Source: a virus. Taken from it: 64,000 nt of DNA. The stretch lies in the IMG/VR virus record IMGVR_UViG_3300035698_023018, positions 2,648 through 66,647 of that record; one strand, 5' to 3'. The translations under genes and the position numbers were made by a program. This document shows positions 56,315-64,000 of this stretch, piece by piece (the first letter of the stretch is position 1; every line of letters starts with the position of its first letter). Under the pieces are notes generated by a model that searched no databases, was not told the origin of the DNA, and saw only the letters and a list, made by a program, of their open reading frames with translations.

Positions 56315-57220
56315 TTAAAGTCCCTCCACCCTTAAAACGATTTCGCGTAATCTATCAGAAAATTTATGATTCGCGTGAACAATCTTCTGGCCATATTCCG
56401 CCATACTTTTCCGGCGCTCTTTATTCTTTACGTAATATTTAACCTTCGCGACACATTCCTCAGGTGAACTATACGTATCACACATCCTGCCTATTTCAAA
56501 CCAATCTTCAATTCCTTCAACATGATTAGTTAAAAGAAAACCTCCCGCCCCCATAATCCTATAGTCACGAGCGCTCATAGATAAAACTACTTTAGGCCAT
56601 CCAGAATGGCCGATATTCACTTTAGTGCACTGACACATCTTATTATGATCTCGATTGAATACATTCGTCCAATGTTCAAATTCAACCGCAGTTTGCGTCT
56701 TAAGCGCAGTAAGAACGGCATTTCGCCCGTCATGTGCACTGAGATCCGACCCTGCGAACGCGGCATCAGCATCATACATGAAATGATCTTTATGTTCTAA
56801 CTGTTCTGTACGATGCCAAATAGGAGAAATACCTTCAGATAACCAATGAATATTGTCGATTCCCGCTGCGCGATATTTTTCAACATTACTCTTACCTATT
56901 GTGAACTTCAAATGGCAGTGTTGAAACATTGGACCATTGGCATTCAGGAAAGTATTGATATCATATCGAACATCAAAATTCCACATTACTGTCACCACTT
57001 TCTTCGAAAGCTTTTCAATAATGTCATTATATCTAATATCCTTAGCCAACAGCACGAAATCGGGTTTGTGCTGTTCCACCATTTCAAAAATACCAACAGC
57101 ACCGGGAGCTACTCTAGGATCATTCACAGCAACTACTGTGTGACCAAGTTCTTCCAACCCTTCTTTTACATAATGTCCCGATTGTAAATCTAACATCGGA
57201 AAACCAATCACGATATTCAT
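56315..57220 (-). CDS. CgeB-like GT-B glycosyltransferase
   Basis: FAGS...R, MSARDYRIMGAGGFLLT, KVKYY...R..MA..G. Confidence 0.8.
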   Translation of the reverse strand: MNIVIGFPMLDLQSGHYVKEGLEELGHTVVAVNDPRVAPGAVGIFEMVEQHKPDFVLLAKDIRYNDIIEKLSKKVVTVMWNFDVRYDINTFLNANGPMFQHCHLKFTIGKSNVEKYRAAGIDNIHWLSEGISPIWHRTEQLEHKDHFMYDADAAFAGSDLSAHDGRNAVLTALKTQTAVEFEHWTNVFNRDHNKMCQCTKVNIGHSGWPKVVLSMSARDYRIMGAGGFLLTNHVEGIEDWFEIGRMCDTYSSPEECVAKVKYYVKNKERRKSMAEYGQKIVHANHKFSDRLREIVLRVEGL

Positions 57221-57459
57221 TGAGGATTATTTCTCCATTTACAAAAACCATTGATAGATAATATTACAAAGAACATATTACTGGCAGCTAACCCCACCGC
57301 AGATATAATCCATATACCAAAAAATACGTAGATTGAACTCCCGAGACCGGTATATATCCAACTATCAATTTCTTTAGATCTCATGCGAAAATACCCCACC
57401 AAAAGAAACATTGCTGCGAGATAATCTAAATGCTTTAGTATAAAATCAAAATCGATCAT
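57217..57459 (-). CDS. small three-helix membrane protein
   Basis: Three hydrophobic segments, ends ING..KW. Confidence 0.6.
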   Translation of the reverse strand: MIDFDFILKHLDYLAAMFLLVGYFRMRSKEIDSWIYTGLGSSIYVFFGIWIISAVGLAASNMFFVILSINGFCKWRNNPQ

Positions 57460-58622
57460 GTATTCAAAACCTTAAGATACGTATCTTTCAAAACATCCCA
57501 AGAAAACTTCTCTTGTATAATAATACGATTAGCTTTGCCAAGTTGATCCATCAATGTAGGATTATCATACGCAAATTTCATTTTTTGCATTAAATCATAT
57601 GCCATAGGTGTATACATTGGAATATCCCCATAAGGTAATTCCGTTTGACTTTGTACTTGAATTAACAAAGGATAATCATCGGGGAACCAACTATTCATTG
57701 GAGGTGCATTAGTAGTAATTACGGGTAAGCCGCACGACATTGCTTCCAATATTGGTAAGCCTAAACCTTCTCTCCTACTAGGAGCCAAATAAATTCGACC
57801 ATTACGGTAAAGGTTAATTGCCTCAGGAACATCAACCAATTGAATATATTCTTCACCTTGAGGAAACCGTAATGGATTATGTTCTAATTCCCCCTTTTGA
57901 CTATGAATACGAATACTAACTTTACCCTTACACTCAGGGAGAAATTCTAGCTGCCTAAATGCATTCTGTACAAGATCAGATCCTTTACGTACGCCGGCAC
58001 CTCCAAATCCTGCACTATGTAAAAAAGTATCTTGTTTATGACGGATTGCTTCGGCTACATCCTCATCTAACATAGTTTTTGAAGTACTTATAACCCCATC
58101 TACAAGAGGCGCTGTAGGCCGATTATCCCGCGACTTTACAGCCTCGAAAGGATTAAAATAATTAGTATCAACCGGATAAGGTATATGTACACAATTAACA
58201 TTTTTACCTGCCCACTTCTCTACGTAGATTGTATGACCGATCTTAGTAACATTAATAATAAGATCGATATATTCCTCATATAGATAAAATTTTTCTGCCG
58301 CAATACTATCGATCATAGGAATTAAAACAACCTTAATCCCTCGATCATATAAAATTTTGAAAAATTCAAAATTAAATGGAGTCTCCACGATAATCACGAC
58401 TTCAGGAATACACTTATCTAAATACGCTATAAATTGGTTCACCGTAGGTTCGAGATCGCCATATTCGTGAGATATACCAATATTGTACTCCTCACCCGGA
58501 GCATCTTTAACGGGGTGCCTTATTATAAATTGACTATCTAATGGAAGGTGTTTACGAAAATTCGCCGCCGCCGTACCTAAACCACTATGATTTTTATACC
58601 CAATAAAACCTATTCGTGACAT
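57456..58622 (-). CDS. GT4 glycosyltransferase
   Basis: RKG, PSRREGLGLPILEAMSCGLPVI. Confidence 0.88.
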   Translation of the reverse strand: MSRIGFIGYKNHSGLGTAAANFRKHLPLDSQFIIRHPVKDAPGEEYNIGISHEYGDLEPTVNQFIAYLDKCIPEVVIIVETPFNFEFFKILYDRGIKVVLIPMIDSIAAEKFYLYEEYIDLIINVTKIGHTIYVEKWAGKNVNCVHIPYPVDTNYFNPFEAVKSRDNRPTAPLVDGVISTSKTMLDEDVAEAIRHKQDTFLHSAGFGGAGVRKGSDLVQNAFRQLEFLPECKGKVSIRIHSQKGELEHNPLRFPQGEEYIQLVDVPEAINLYRNGRIYLAPSRREGLGLPILEAMSCGLPVITTNAPPMNSWFPDDYPLLIQVQSQTELPYGDIPMYTPMAYDLMQKMKFAYDNPTLMDQLGKANRIIIQEKFSWDVLKDTYLKVLNT

Positions 58623-59603
58623 TTACATCCTTTTCTGGATTTCGTCAATAAATCCGGCTGTAATCTTATCTATGTTGAAATTCTCAAGTACATGTTGTTG
58701 TCCCCGGGTCGCAATTTCCTCTCTTTCACGAGGGTTAAAGAGGAAGAACGAGATTTTATCTACCAAGTCGTGATAATCTACAGGGGAATAAGTAACGCAG
58801 TGTTTCCCTGAGATTAAGAACTCGTCAAAACAGGGAATTTCCGGTGTAATTAAGCAACAACCTGATCCGACCGTTTTAAGTACTCTGTTTGAAAAGCCTA
58901 ACTCATATTGAGGTAATAAATCATTGATAAAATTCAGGCCGATTCGAGCACGAGAATAAAATTTTGCCATTTCGCCCCCAATCAAGATTCCATTGCTAAA
59001 AAAATGAGTATTTGGAATCTGCGCTTGATACTTACCCCAGTGAAAGGACCCCCCACCTACTTGAATATCATACCCATCGGCGATCAACTGAGATAAATAC
59101 TTTAACCTAACTGTTGATTGCGTTGGATTAGGTCCGCCAAGAAAACCAACATCAAAGGCATATTGCCCACGATATTCTATACACTTATGGTAACGGTGAT
59201 CAAAGAATTGAGAAATCCAGATAACATCTGTAGCGTACCCCTTAAGTAAGGGTACAAGGCCACGAGTCTCCAACATCAATAGATCATAAATACCCTTAAT
59301 CCCCTCAAACCACGCGCCCGGTGGGCCATCGTCGGGCCCGTACTCATCTGGAATCCACTGTACTAGGAATATTCCAGCGTCCTTCAACGGCTGTAGGAGA
59401 GTATGATCAAAATCTCTGCCCATAGTAACGAGACAGAACTTAGAACGGTGCTTTAGGATCTTTTCAATGGTCTTTTCGGGTTTTCTAAAGTCCTTAAAGT
59501 CCACTGTCTGCACATTATGGCGTTGAATGGTCCACGATTGTGCAATCCGTATACCATTTTGAGATGAATCTTCGCCACAGTAACCTATAATAGTTATTCG
59601 CAT
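58623..59603 (-). CDS. CgeB-like GT-B glycosyltransferase
   Basis: DVGFLG, ARIGLN, SNRV....GSG..LIT, REEIA.RG. Confidence 0.8.
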   Translation of the reverse strand: MRITIIGYCGEDSSQNGIRIAQSWTIQRHNVQTVDFKDFRKPEKTIEKILKHRSKFCLVTMGRDFDHTLLQPLKDAGIFLVQWIPDEYGPDDGPPGAWFEGIKGIYDLLMLETRGLVPLLKGYATDVIWISQFFDHRYHKCIEYRGQYAFDVGFLGGPNPTQSTVRLKYLSQLIADGYDIQVGGGSFHWGKYQAQIPNTHFFSNGILIGGEMAKFYSRARIGLNFINDLLPQYELGFSNRVLKTVGSGCCLITPEIPCFDEFLISGKHCVTYSPVDYHDLVDKISFFLFNPREREEIATRGQQHVLENFNIDKITAGFIDEIQKRM

Positions 59604-60577
59604 ACTTTCTTAAATACCTTACTCCATTCAGCTACGAACCGTGGGGGCGCAAATAATTCCCTAACGACTTCTCGCGCACTGTCGGCCATTATCTTTGCAG
59701 TTTTAGGCAAACAGAGGGTAGCATAAATACCGCTACGCAATTCTCCTACATCATTGCTGAATATACCATGTACACCACTCTCAAAAATATTTCCAGGCTC
59801 ACAATATTTAGTAGATACAATTGGGGTACCTACCGCTGCGGCCTCTAACAGCGACATTGGAATGGGCGACATTATTGAAGGATTAAAATATACTCCAGCA
59901 TTTACCAATAAGTTCAGGATCTCTTCTCGAGTACGTACACCCTTTGAAGTCTTCCCAATATTATCGTTACCATAACCATACAGTGAAATATTATCAAAAT
60001 GTGCTTTATTAGAAACGCCTAATACATTCGCCCAAAGAGTAAAACCGCACGCCCAGTCTCTAGTAATCATCTCATTCGTAGTGGTCATAATTTCTGTACC
60101 ACTATAATCAGTCTTCTGTGGAAAATTATCCACATCGAATGAGTGATAAATATATGAAGCATGTTCATCTCTTTCAGCATCCCAAGCTTTCATAGACGTC
60201 GGAGTAATGAACACAGTGTGTTTTATATATTGATGGCGTACATTCTTCCACTTATTGACTTCACCGAGATAATTATGAAATGGCCAGGTATGCTCGGTAA
60301 AGACAGTTGGAAGCGTAGGCCATTTATTACAGAAGGGTTCAATAAGAGGATGCCAGTGAAGTAACATTAAATCATAGTCATCGGGGTTCACTTCATTGGC
60401 GAACACCCCAAAGATATTTGGAGGTTGTTCTTCGCCCATGCCCCAAATGGTCTTGGGTTTCTCATTTTCTGTAAATACCCTACCATGCGGATCTACCACA
60501 TGATAGAATTCACAGTCAGGTACCTGGGCTAGAGAGGTTTGATATGAACTATGAGCAAAATGTGTTAGAATTTTCAT
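59594..60577 (-). CDS. GT4-like glycosyltransferase
   Basis: [24 protein letters not shown]. Confidence 0.8.
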   Translation of the reverse strand: MKILTHFAHSSYQTSLAQVPDCEFYHVVDPHGRVFTENEKPKTIWGMGEEQPPNIFGVFANEVNPDDYDLMLLHWHPLIEPFCNKWPTLPTVFTEHTWPFHNYLGEVNKWKNVRHQYIKHTVFITPTSMKAWDAERDEHASYIYHSFDVDNFPQKTDYSGTEIMTTTNEMITRDWACGFTLWANVLGVSNKAHFDNISLYGYGNDNIGKTSKGVRTREEILNLLVNAGVYFNPSIMSPIPMSLLEAAAVGTPIVSTKYCEPGNIFESGVHGIFSNDVGELRSGIYATLCLPKTAKIMADSAREVVRELFAPPRFVAEWSKVFKKVCE

Positions 60578-60583
60578 ATGACT

Positions 60584-60796
60584 TTATTCTTCTTTCGGTA
60601 TTCGCCATGCATAAACTTCAATATACGCAGGATTGGAAATACCACATTCTCCACAAATCGTATTATAATGTCCAGAACAATCCGGACATGGACAATCCTG
60701 AAAATCTTCTATTTGCTTATCTAACGATGCGCCGCACTTTTCACAGTAAAAATAAACCTCTTGTATGATCTCGCCAACAGATCTACGTTTTGCCAC
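60584..60796 (-). CDS. small Cys-rich Zn-finger protein
   Basis: CEKCG, CPCPDC, CGECG. Confidence 0.6.
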   Translation of the reverse strand: MAKRRSVGEIIQEVYFYCEKCGASLDKQIEDFQDCPCPDCSGHYNTICGECGISNPAYIEVYAWRIPKEE

Positions 60797-60803
60797 CTTA
60801 GCC

Positions 60804-61973
60804 TCATTCAGTAAGATCTATGATAGTATCCGCTAACTGTTTCGCAGCTTTCTTCCAAGAGAAATCACGTTCAATCAATTCAGCCCGTTGTTTCTCCGCA
60901 TTTTCCTTTGCAATCTCCGGATGCTTATACAATCTGTGTACCATTCGGGCGAACTCTTCCATATTAGGAATAGTAAGCTGTTGATGTGGTTCATATACTC
61001 CGGGCCAGTGAATGGCGTGCCCTAAAGGTTTCCATTCATGTTCCAGTAAAATTGCATAATCTGGATTCAAGAACGCTTCAGCACCAGTACCACCAGTCGT
61101 AACAATAGGAAGGCCCATAGCGGCAGCTTCCAACAACGGCATACCCCATGCTTCACCCGTAGTAGGTAACAAGAATGCATCAGCATTCCTATAAAGCTGG
61201 ATCATGTGCTCTTCAGACATTGCACCGTGAACCAGATAAATCTTTGGTCCTTGATCAGGAGCAAAACCTAACTGATGTCTCAAACCTTGAATCTGAGAAT
61301 TAATAGTCATCTTATCGATAGTACCTGCACCAACGAGATATGTCTTTAGAATAAGGCCAACATCTGGATTATCTTTGAAGACATTCAAAAATGTTCGGAG
61401 AGTGCCCACGATATTCTTGCGATCACCTTGCTGAATCCATTGCCCGATGGTCAAAAAGTTATACTTCGTAGTAATGACTTTATCATCCATCAAAGGTGGC
61501 CCTTCAGGAGTATACTTATCAAAATCGATACCGAACGGAACTATGCGCATCGGCTTAATAATGTTTGACTGCATAAACGAAGACATACAGAAGGGAGAGG
61601 GTACAAGAATTGCATCCATTTCATTACACTTGGCTGCCCAATAGGGCGCAGTCTTATCTGTCTCCAACATCGTAAAACCGATAGTATTCTTGAATGGACT
61701 CTTATCACCGAAGAATTCAGGCGCTATCGAAAAATGGATCAACGTAGTATCTTCAGGCTTAACGTCCTTACCCTTCTCAACCAATCCATTCAAAATTGCC
61801 TGATCTTCATCAGTAAGGTTAAGATTACCAGAATTGATCCATACAATAGGTTCAAGATAAAGATCGAATATGTCCATCTTATACAGTTCCAATATAAACT
61901 GTCGAGCGACGGTTGCATATCCGCTATAATCTTGGAACGGCGCTTTGAACAAAACTTTCATCTTCTCAGCCAT
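60804..61973 (-). CDS. GT4 glycosyltransferase
   Basis: SGYA, ETD, RKN, GEAWGMPLLEAAAMGLPIV. Confidence 0.88.
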   Translation of the reverse strand: MAEKMKVLFKAPFQDYSGYATVARQFILELYKMDIFDLYLEPIVWINSGNLNLTDEDQAILNGLVEKGKDVKPEDTTLIHFSIAPEFFGDKSPFKNTIGFTMLETDKTAPYWAAKCNEMDAILVPSPFCMSSFMQSNIIKPMRIVPFGIDFDKYTPEGPPLMDDKVITTKYNFLTIGQWIQQGDRKNIVGTLRTFLNVFKDNPDVGLILKTYLVGAGTIDKMTINSQIQGLRHQLGFAPDQGPKIYLVHGAMSEEHMIQLYRNADAFLLPTTGEAWGMPLLEAAAMGLPIVTTGGTGAEAFLNPDYAILLEHEWKPLGHAIHWPGVYEPHQQLTIPNMEEFARMVHRLYKHPEIAKENAEKQRAELIERDFSWKKAAKQLADTIIDLTE

Positions 61974-62129
61974 TATCTATTCTCCTCAAATATTTGTAAC
62001 TCATCTTCAAGATATTCGCCAACAAATCCACCATTTTCAGACTCTGCGTATATCATAGGACCTTCATGTACCCGCTTCTGGATCTAATAGATCTACAGGA
62101 GTAACTTTATCTCCGGCATTAAATTGCAT
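61973..62129 (-). pseudogene. small SH3/KOW-like gene with a 1-nt frameshift
   Basis: 157 nt with TAATG coupling at both ends; MQFNAGDKVTPVDLLDPEAGT* continues in the +1 frame as HEGPMIYAESENGGFVGEYLEDELQIFEENR*. Confidence 0.5.
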
Positions 62130-63397
62130 TAAACAATGATCTTCGGAGTGACTTCAGGAGTAGCGCCAGTGAACGGGTATGCAGATACCGTAAATTCTGG
62201 ATATGGTTCCCAATTAGCTACAGCCTTTTGTATAACAGTTTCAAAACCTAATTGCATTTTCCGCAAACTATAGTTCTCCATAATACGATCACGACACTTT
62301 GAACCCTTTTCTTTCAACTTTTTCTTATCGTAGTATGCTTCATCTAATGCAGCAATAAACTTCACATCAGTGACATACCGCGCTTGAATATACGGAGTCA
62401 CCTGATTACCGAACAACGGCGTAACATCGGCAGGAAGCAACCAGCCAGTTTCATCCGTAATCAATCCTGCGGGACCCGGGCAATCAATAGCAATTGCGGG
62501 AGTATTTGTTAACATAGCTTCCGCTATCGGCATACCAAACCCCTCAGCAGTAGACCGATTCACCAATACATCCATAAGATTGTAGAATTTATTGATTAAA
62601 TCATCAGTTTGTGTATGGGGTTGTGCATTACTGAATACGATCCTATGCTGTTGATATCTCTGTTGTAACGCATACTCAAGACTGTGGCCGGCATCTGAAC
62701 CGGGAGAATGGACAAACAACAATACATCATCTTTCCCTTCTTGCCATTTAGAAAAGGTTTCCATAATTGAAAGAAGTTGTTTACGCTCGGCATGTCTACC
62801 AACGGCGCCTACAATAAATTTAGCGTTCGCATAACGGTTACCTGTCCAAGTATTGAACTCTGATCGAAAATCCGCCTTTTCTTGAGTAGTCGTAGGATAA
62901 TAGATACTAGGATCAAATCCAATCGGTACATAAGAAATTGCTTCGTCATTAATTTCTGGATGACCGGCCATAAGATCATAGGTAAACTGTGATCCACAAA
63001 TAATATGATCACAACTATTATATGCAGGCATGTTATAATCGGGGAATGGAAGATCGTCCCAAAGGTGATAGAACACTAAAGGACATTGACGACGAATTTC
63101 ATTATCCATCTTAAACAAAGTTTCAAAAAAACGGGGATCAGCGTTTGCAAGAACTACATCAGGTTTCTCATTATTGAGAAAATATCTAATGTGCTCTTGA
63201 TGCCCATACCCCGGAACATTCCAAATCCTGCACCCTTCCCATTCTGTAGGTACGAAAGGTAAACGCGCCTCTGGGGATGATGCAGCCATCATCATAATCT
63301 CGTGACCTTGCTCCTTCATGTGCCGGGCAAAGCCCGCGACAATCTTTCCATATCCGGAATTTATGACCGGTGAATCCGAAATTACTAACACCTTCAT
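62129..63397 (-). CDS. GT4 glycosyltransferase
   Basis: SDSP...SGYG, RK, EGFGMPIAEAM. Confidence 0.88.
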   Translation of the reverse strand: MKVLVISDSPVINSGYGKIVAGFARHMKEQGHEIMMMAASSPEARLPFVPTEWEGCRIWNVPGYGHQEHIRYFLNNEKPDVVLANADPRFFETLFKMDNEIRRQCPLVFYHLWDDLPFPDYNMPAYNSCDHIICGSQFTYDLMAGHPEINDEAISYVPIGFDPSIYYPTTTQEKADFRSEFNTWTGNRYANAKFIVGAVGRHAERKQLLSIMETFSKWQEGKDDVLLFVHSPGSDAGHSLEYALQQRYQQHRIVFSNAQPHTQTDDLINKFYNLMDVLVNRSTAEGFGMPIAEAMLTNTPAIAIDCPGPAGLITDETGWLLPADVTPLFGNQVTPYIQARYVTDVKFIAALDEAYYDKKKLKEKGSKCRDRIMENYSLRKMQLGFETVIQKAVANWEPYPEFTVSAYPFTGATPEVTPKIIV

Positions 63398-63416
63398 TTA
63401 CTAAACCTCTCCATAT

Positions 63417-64000
63417 TTAAATGTGCGCCCAAACTTTTCTACGTACGATCCGCGAAATTATAGTTGATTGTACTTCAAACTGTTCAGCCAATTCCCGTTG
63501 AAAATATTTACCCGTTGCATACAATTTACGAATAAGAAGTACTTCAGTTGAAGTTAATTTTACATTCGGAGCATCTTCACCACGTGTAAACATTTTCAAT
63601 TTTTCTTCCTTGGTGTACTTCTTACCTTTTCTACAAGAAGGTCGACCTGTAGCCGATTTACTCATCTTTTTACGAACTATGGTAGACCACTGTTTACCTT
63701 TATTCCACGCCTGTAAATTCTTACTTTTAAGGGTCTTACTAATTTTCTCTTTCGTTTCTTTTGAAGGAGTCGCACCAGAACCGCCTACAGTGAAATTTAT
63801 CAAAGGGCCAGAAGACTCTTGACATTTTTGACCAATAATCCTAATGTACATCTGTTCAAATAGGAATGCATCAGTTTCTGAAAGATCGTCAATAAGCTTT
63901 AATCTAATAACTTTATTAAGTCCAATCTTTCTCAACTTATTCGTAAGATACTCACTATGAGGACGGCCTACATGAACACTGGGATACCATCTAACTCCAC
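63417..64000 (-). CDS. GIY-YIG/NUMOD homing endonuclease, partial (5' end outside window)
   Basis: Frame is open to the window end; similar to the 802-1497 protein (NK.RK.G, IG....G.L.N.T.GG.G, WNKG); C-terminal HTH QRELAEQFEV. Confidence 0.8.
   Translation of the reverse strand, partial: GVRWYPSVHVGRPHSEYLTNKLRKIGLNKVIRLKLIDDLSETDAFLFEQMYIRIIGQKCQESSGPLINFTVGGSGATPSKETKEKISKTLKSKNLQAWNKGKQWSTIVRKKMSKSATGRPSCRKGKKYTKEEKLKMFTRGEDAPNVKLTSTEVLLIRKLYATGKYFQRELAEQFEVQSTIISRIVRRKVWAHI

Noticed and set aside
23884-63397. Bacterial chromosome interpretation (recA, groEL, que genes, O-antigen-like locus)
   Set aside because: These genes are contiguous and co-oriented with a terminase, phage-type PolA, dNMP kinase, homing endonucleases and many small ORFs; there is no groES-groEL operon and no wzx/wzy.
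119-63822. Numerous plus-strand ORFs of 60-154 aa in the ORF track
   Set aside because: They lie antisense to well-supported, tightly packed minus-strand genes and show no recognisable motifs; treated as shadow ORFs.
1-64000. Stop-codon reassignment, as in some large phages
   Set aside because: Conserved genes (polA, groEL, recA, terL) are full length in the standard code, and TAA, TAG and TGA all end coupled genes.
1-64000. tRNA, rRNA or other structured ncRNA genes
   Set aside because: Intergenic gaps are almost all under 100 nt and none shows a cloverleaf or T-loop pattern by eye.

Overview
This 64 kb window reads as part of a large tailed-phage (jumbo-like) genome. Essentially all credible genes are on the minus strand, tightly packed, with many TAATG/ATGA stop-start overlaps and the standard genetic code. 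In transcription order (right to left) there are four blocks. (1) 43.2-63.4 kb: a glycosylation island with 11 glycosyltransferases and NDP-sugar tailoring enzymes, but no flippase or polymerase. (2) 32.5-42.8 kb: SF2 helicase, DnaC-like loader, intein-containing DnaB, a stand-alone primase Zn-finger, a sigma factor, and a 7-deazaguanine cluster (queD, folE2, a PRTase, queC). (3) 14.3-32.5 kb: GroEL, dUTPase, a UDG-PolA fusion, RecA, an SSB-like protein, split Rad50/SbcC with Mre11, a TOPRIM-only primase, dNMP kinase, an NDT-like enzyme, a resolvase and an HTH regulator. (4) 1-14.3 kb, after a terminator/promoter junction: large acidic putative virion or head proteins, a putative TerS and an intein-containing TerL. 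Four free-standing GIY-YIG/NUMOD3 endonucleases are interspersed. The most unusual signals are a ~15-aa N-terminal leader (E-x-x-[IV]-Q-[KRE]-A-[LV]-G) shared by five otherwise unrelated small proteins, a polyprotein-like ORF punctuated by a repeated LNM[KR]K motif, the self-contained glycosylation island, a PRTase-linked deazaguanine cluster with no QueE or DpdA visible, a homing endonuclease that duplicated its target's 3' end, and an (AAACG)n leader on the SSB-like gene. All calls come from motif recognition by eye; no database searches were run.
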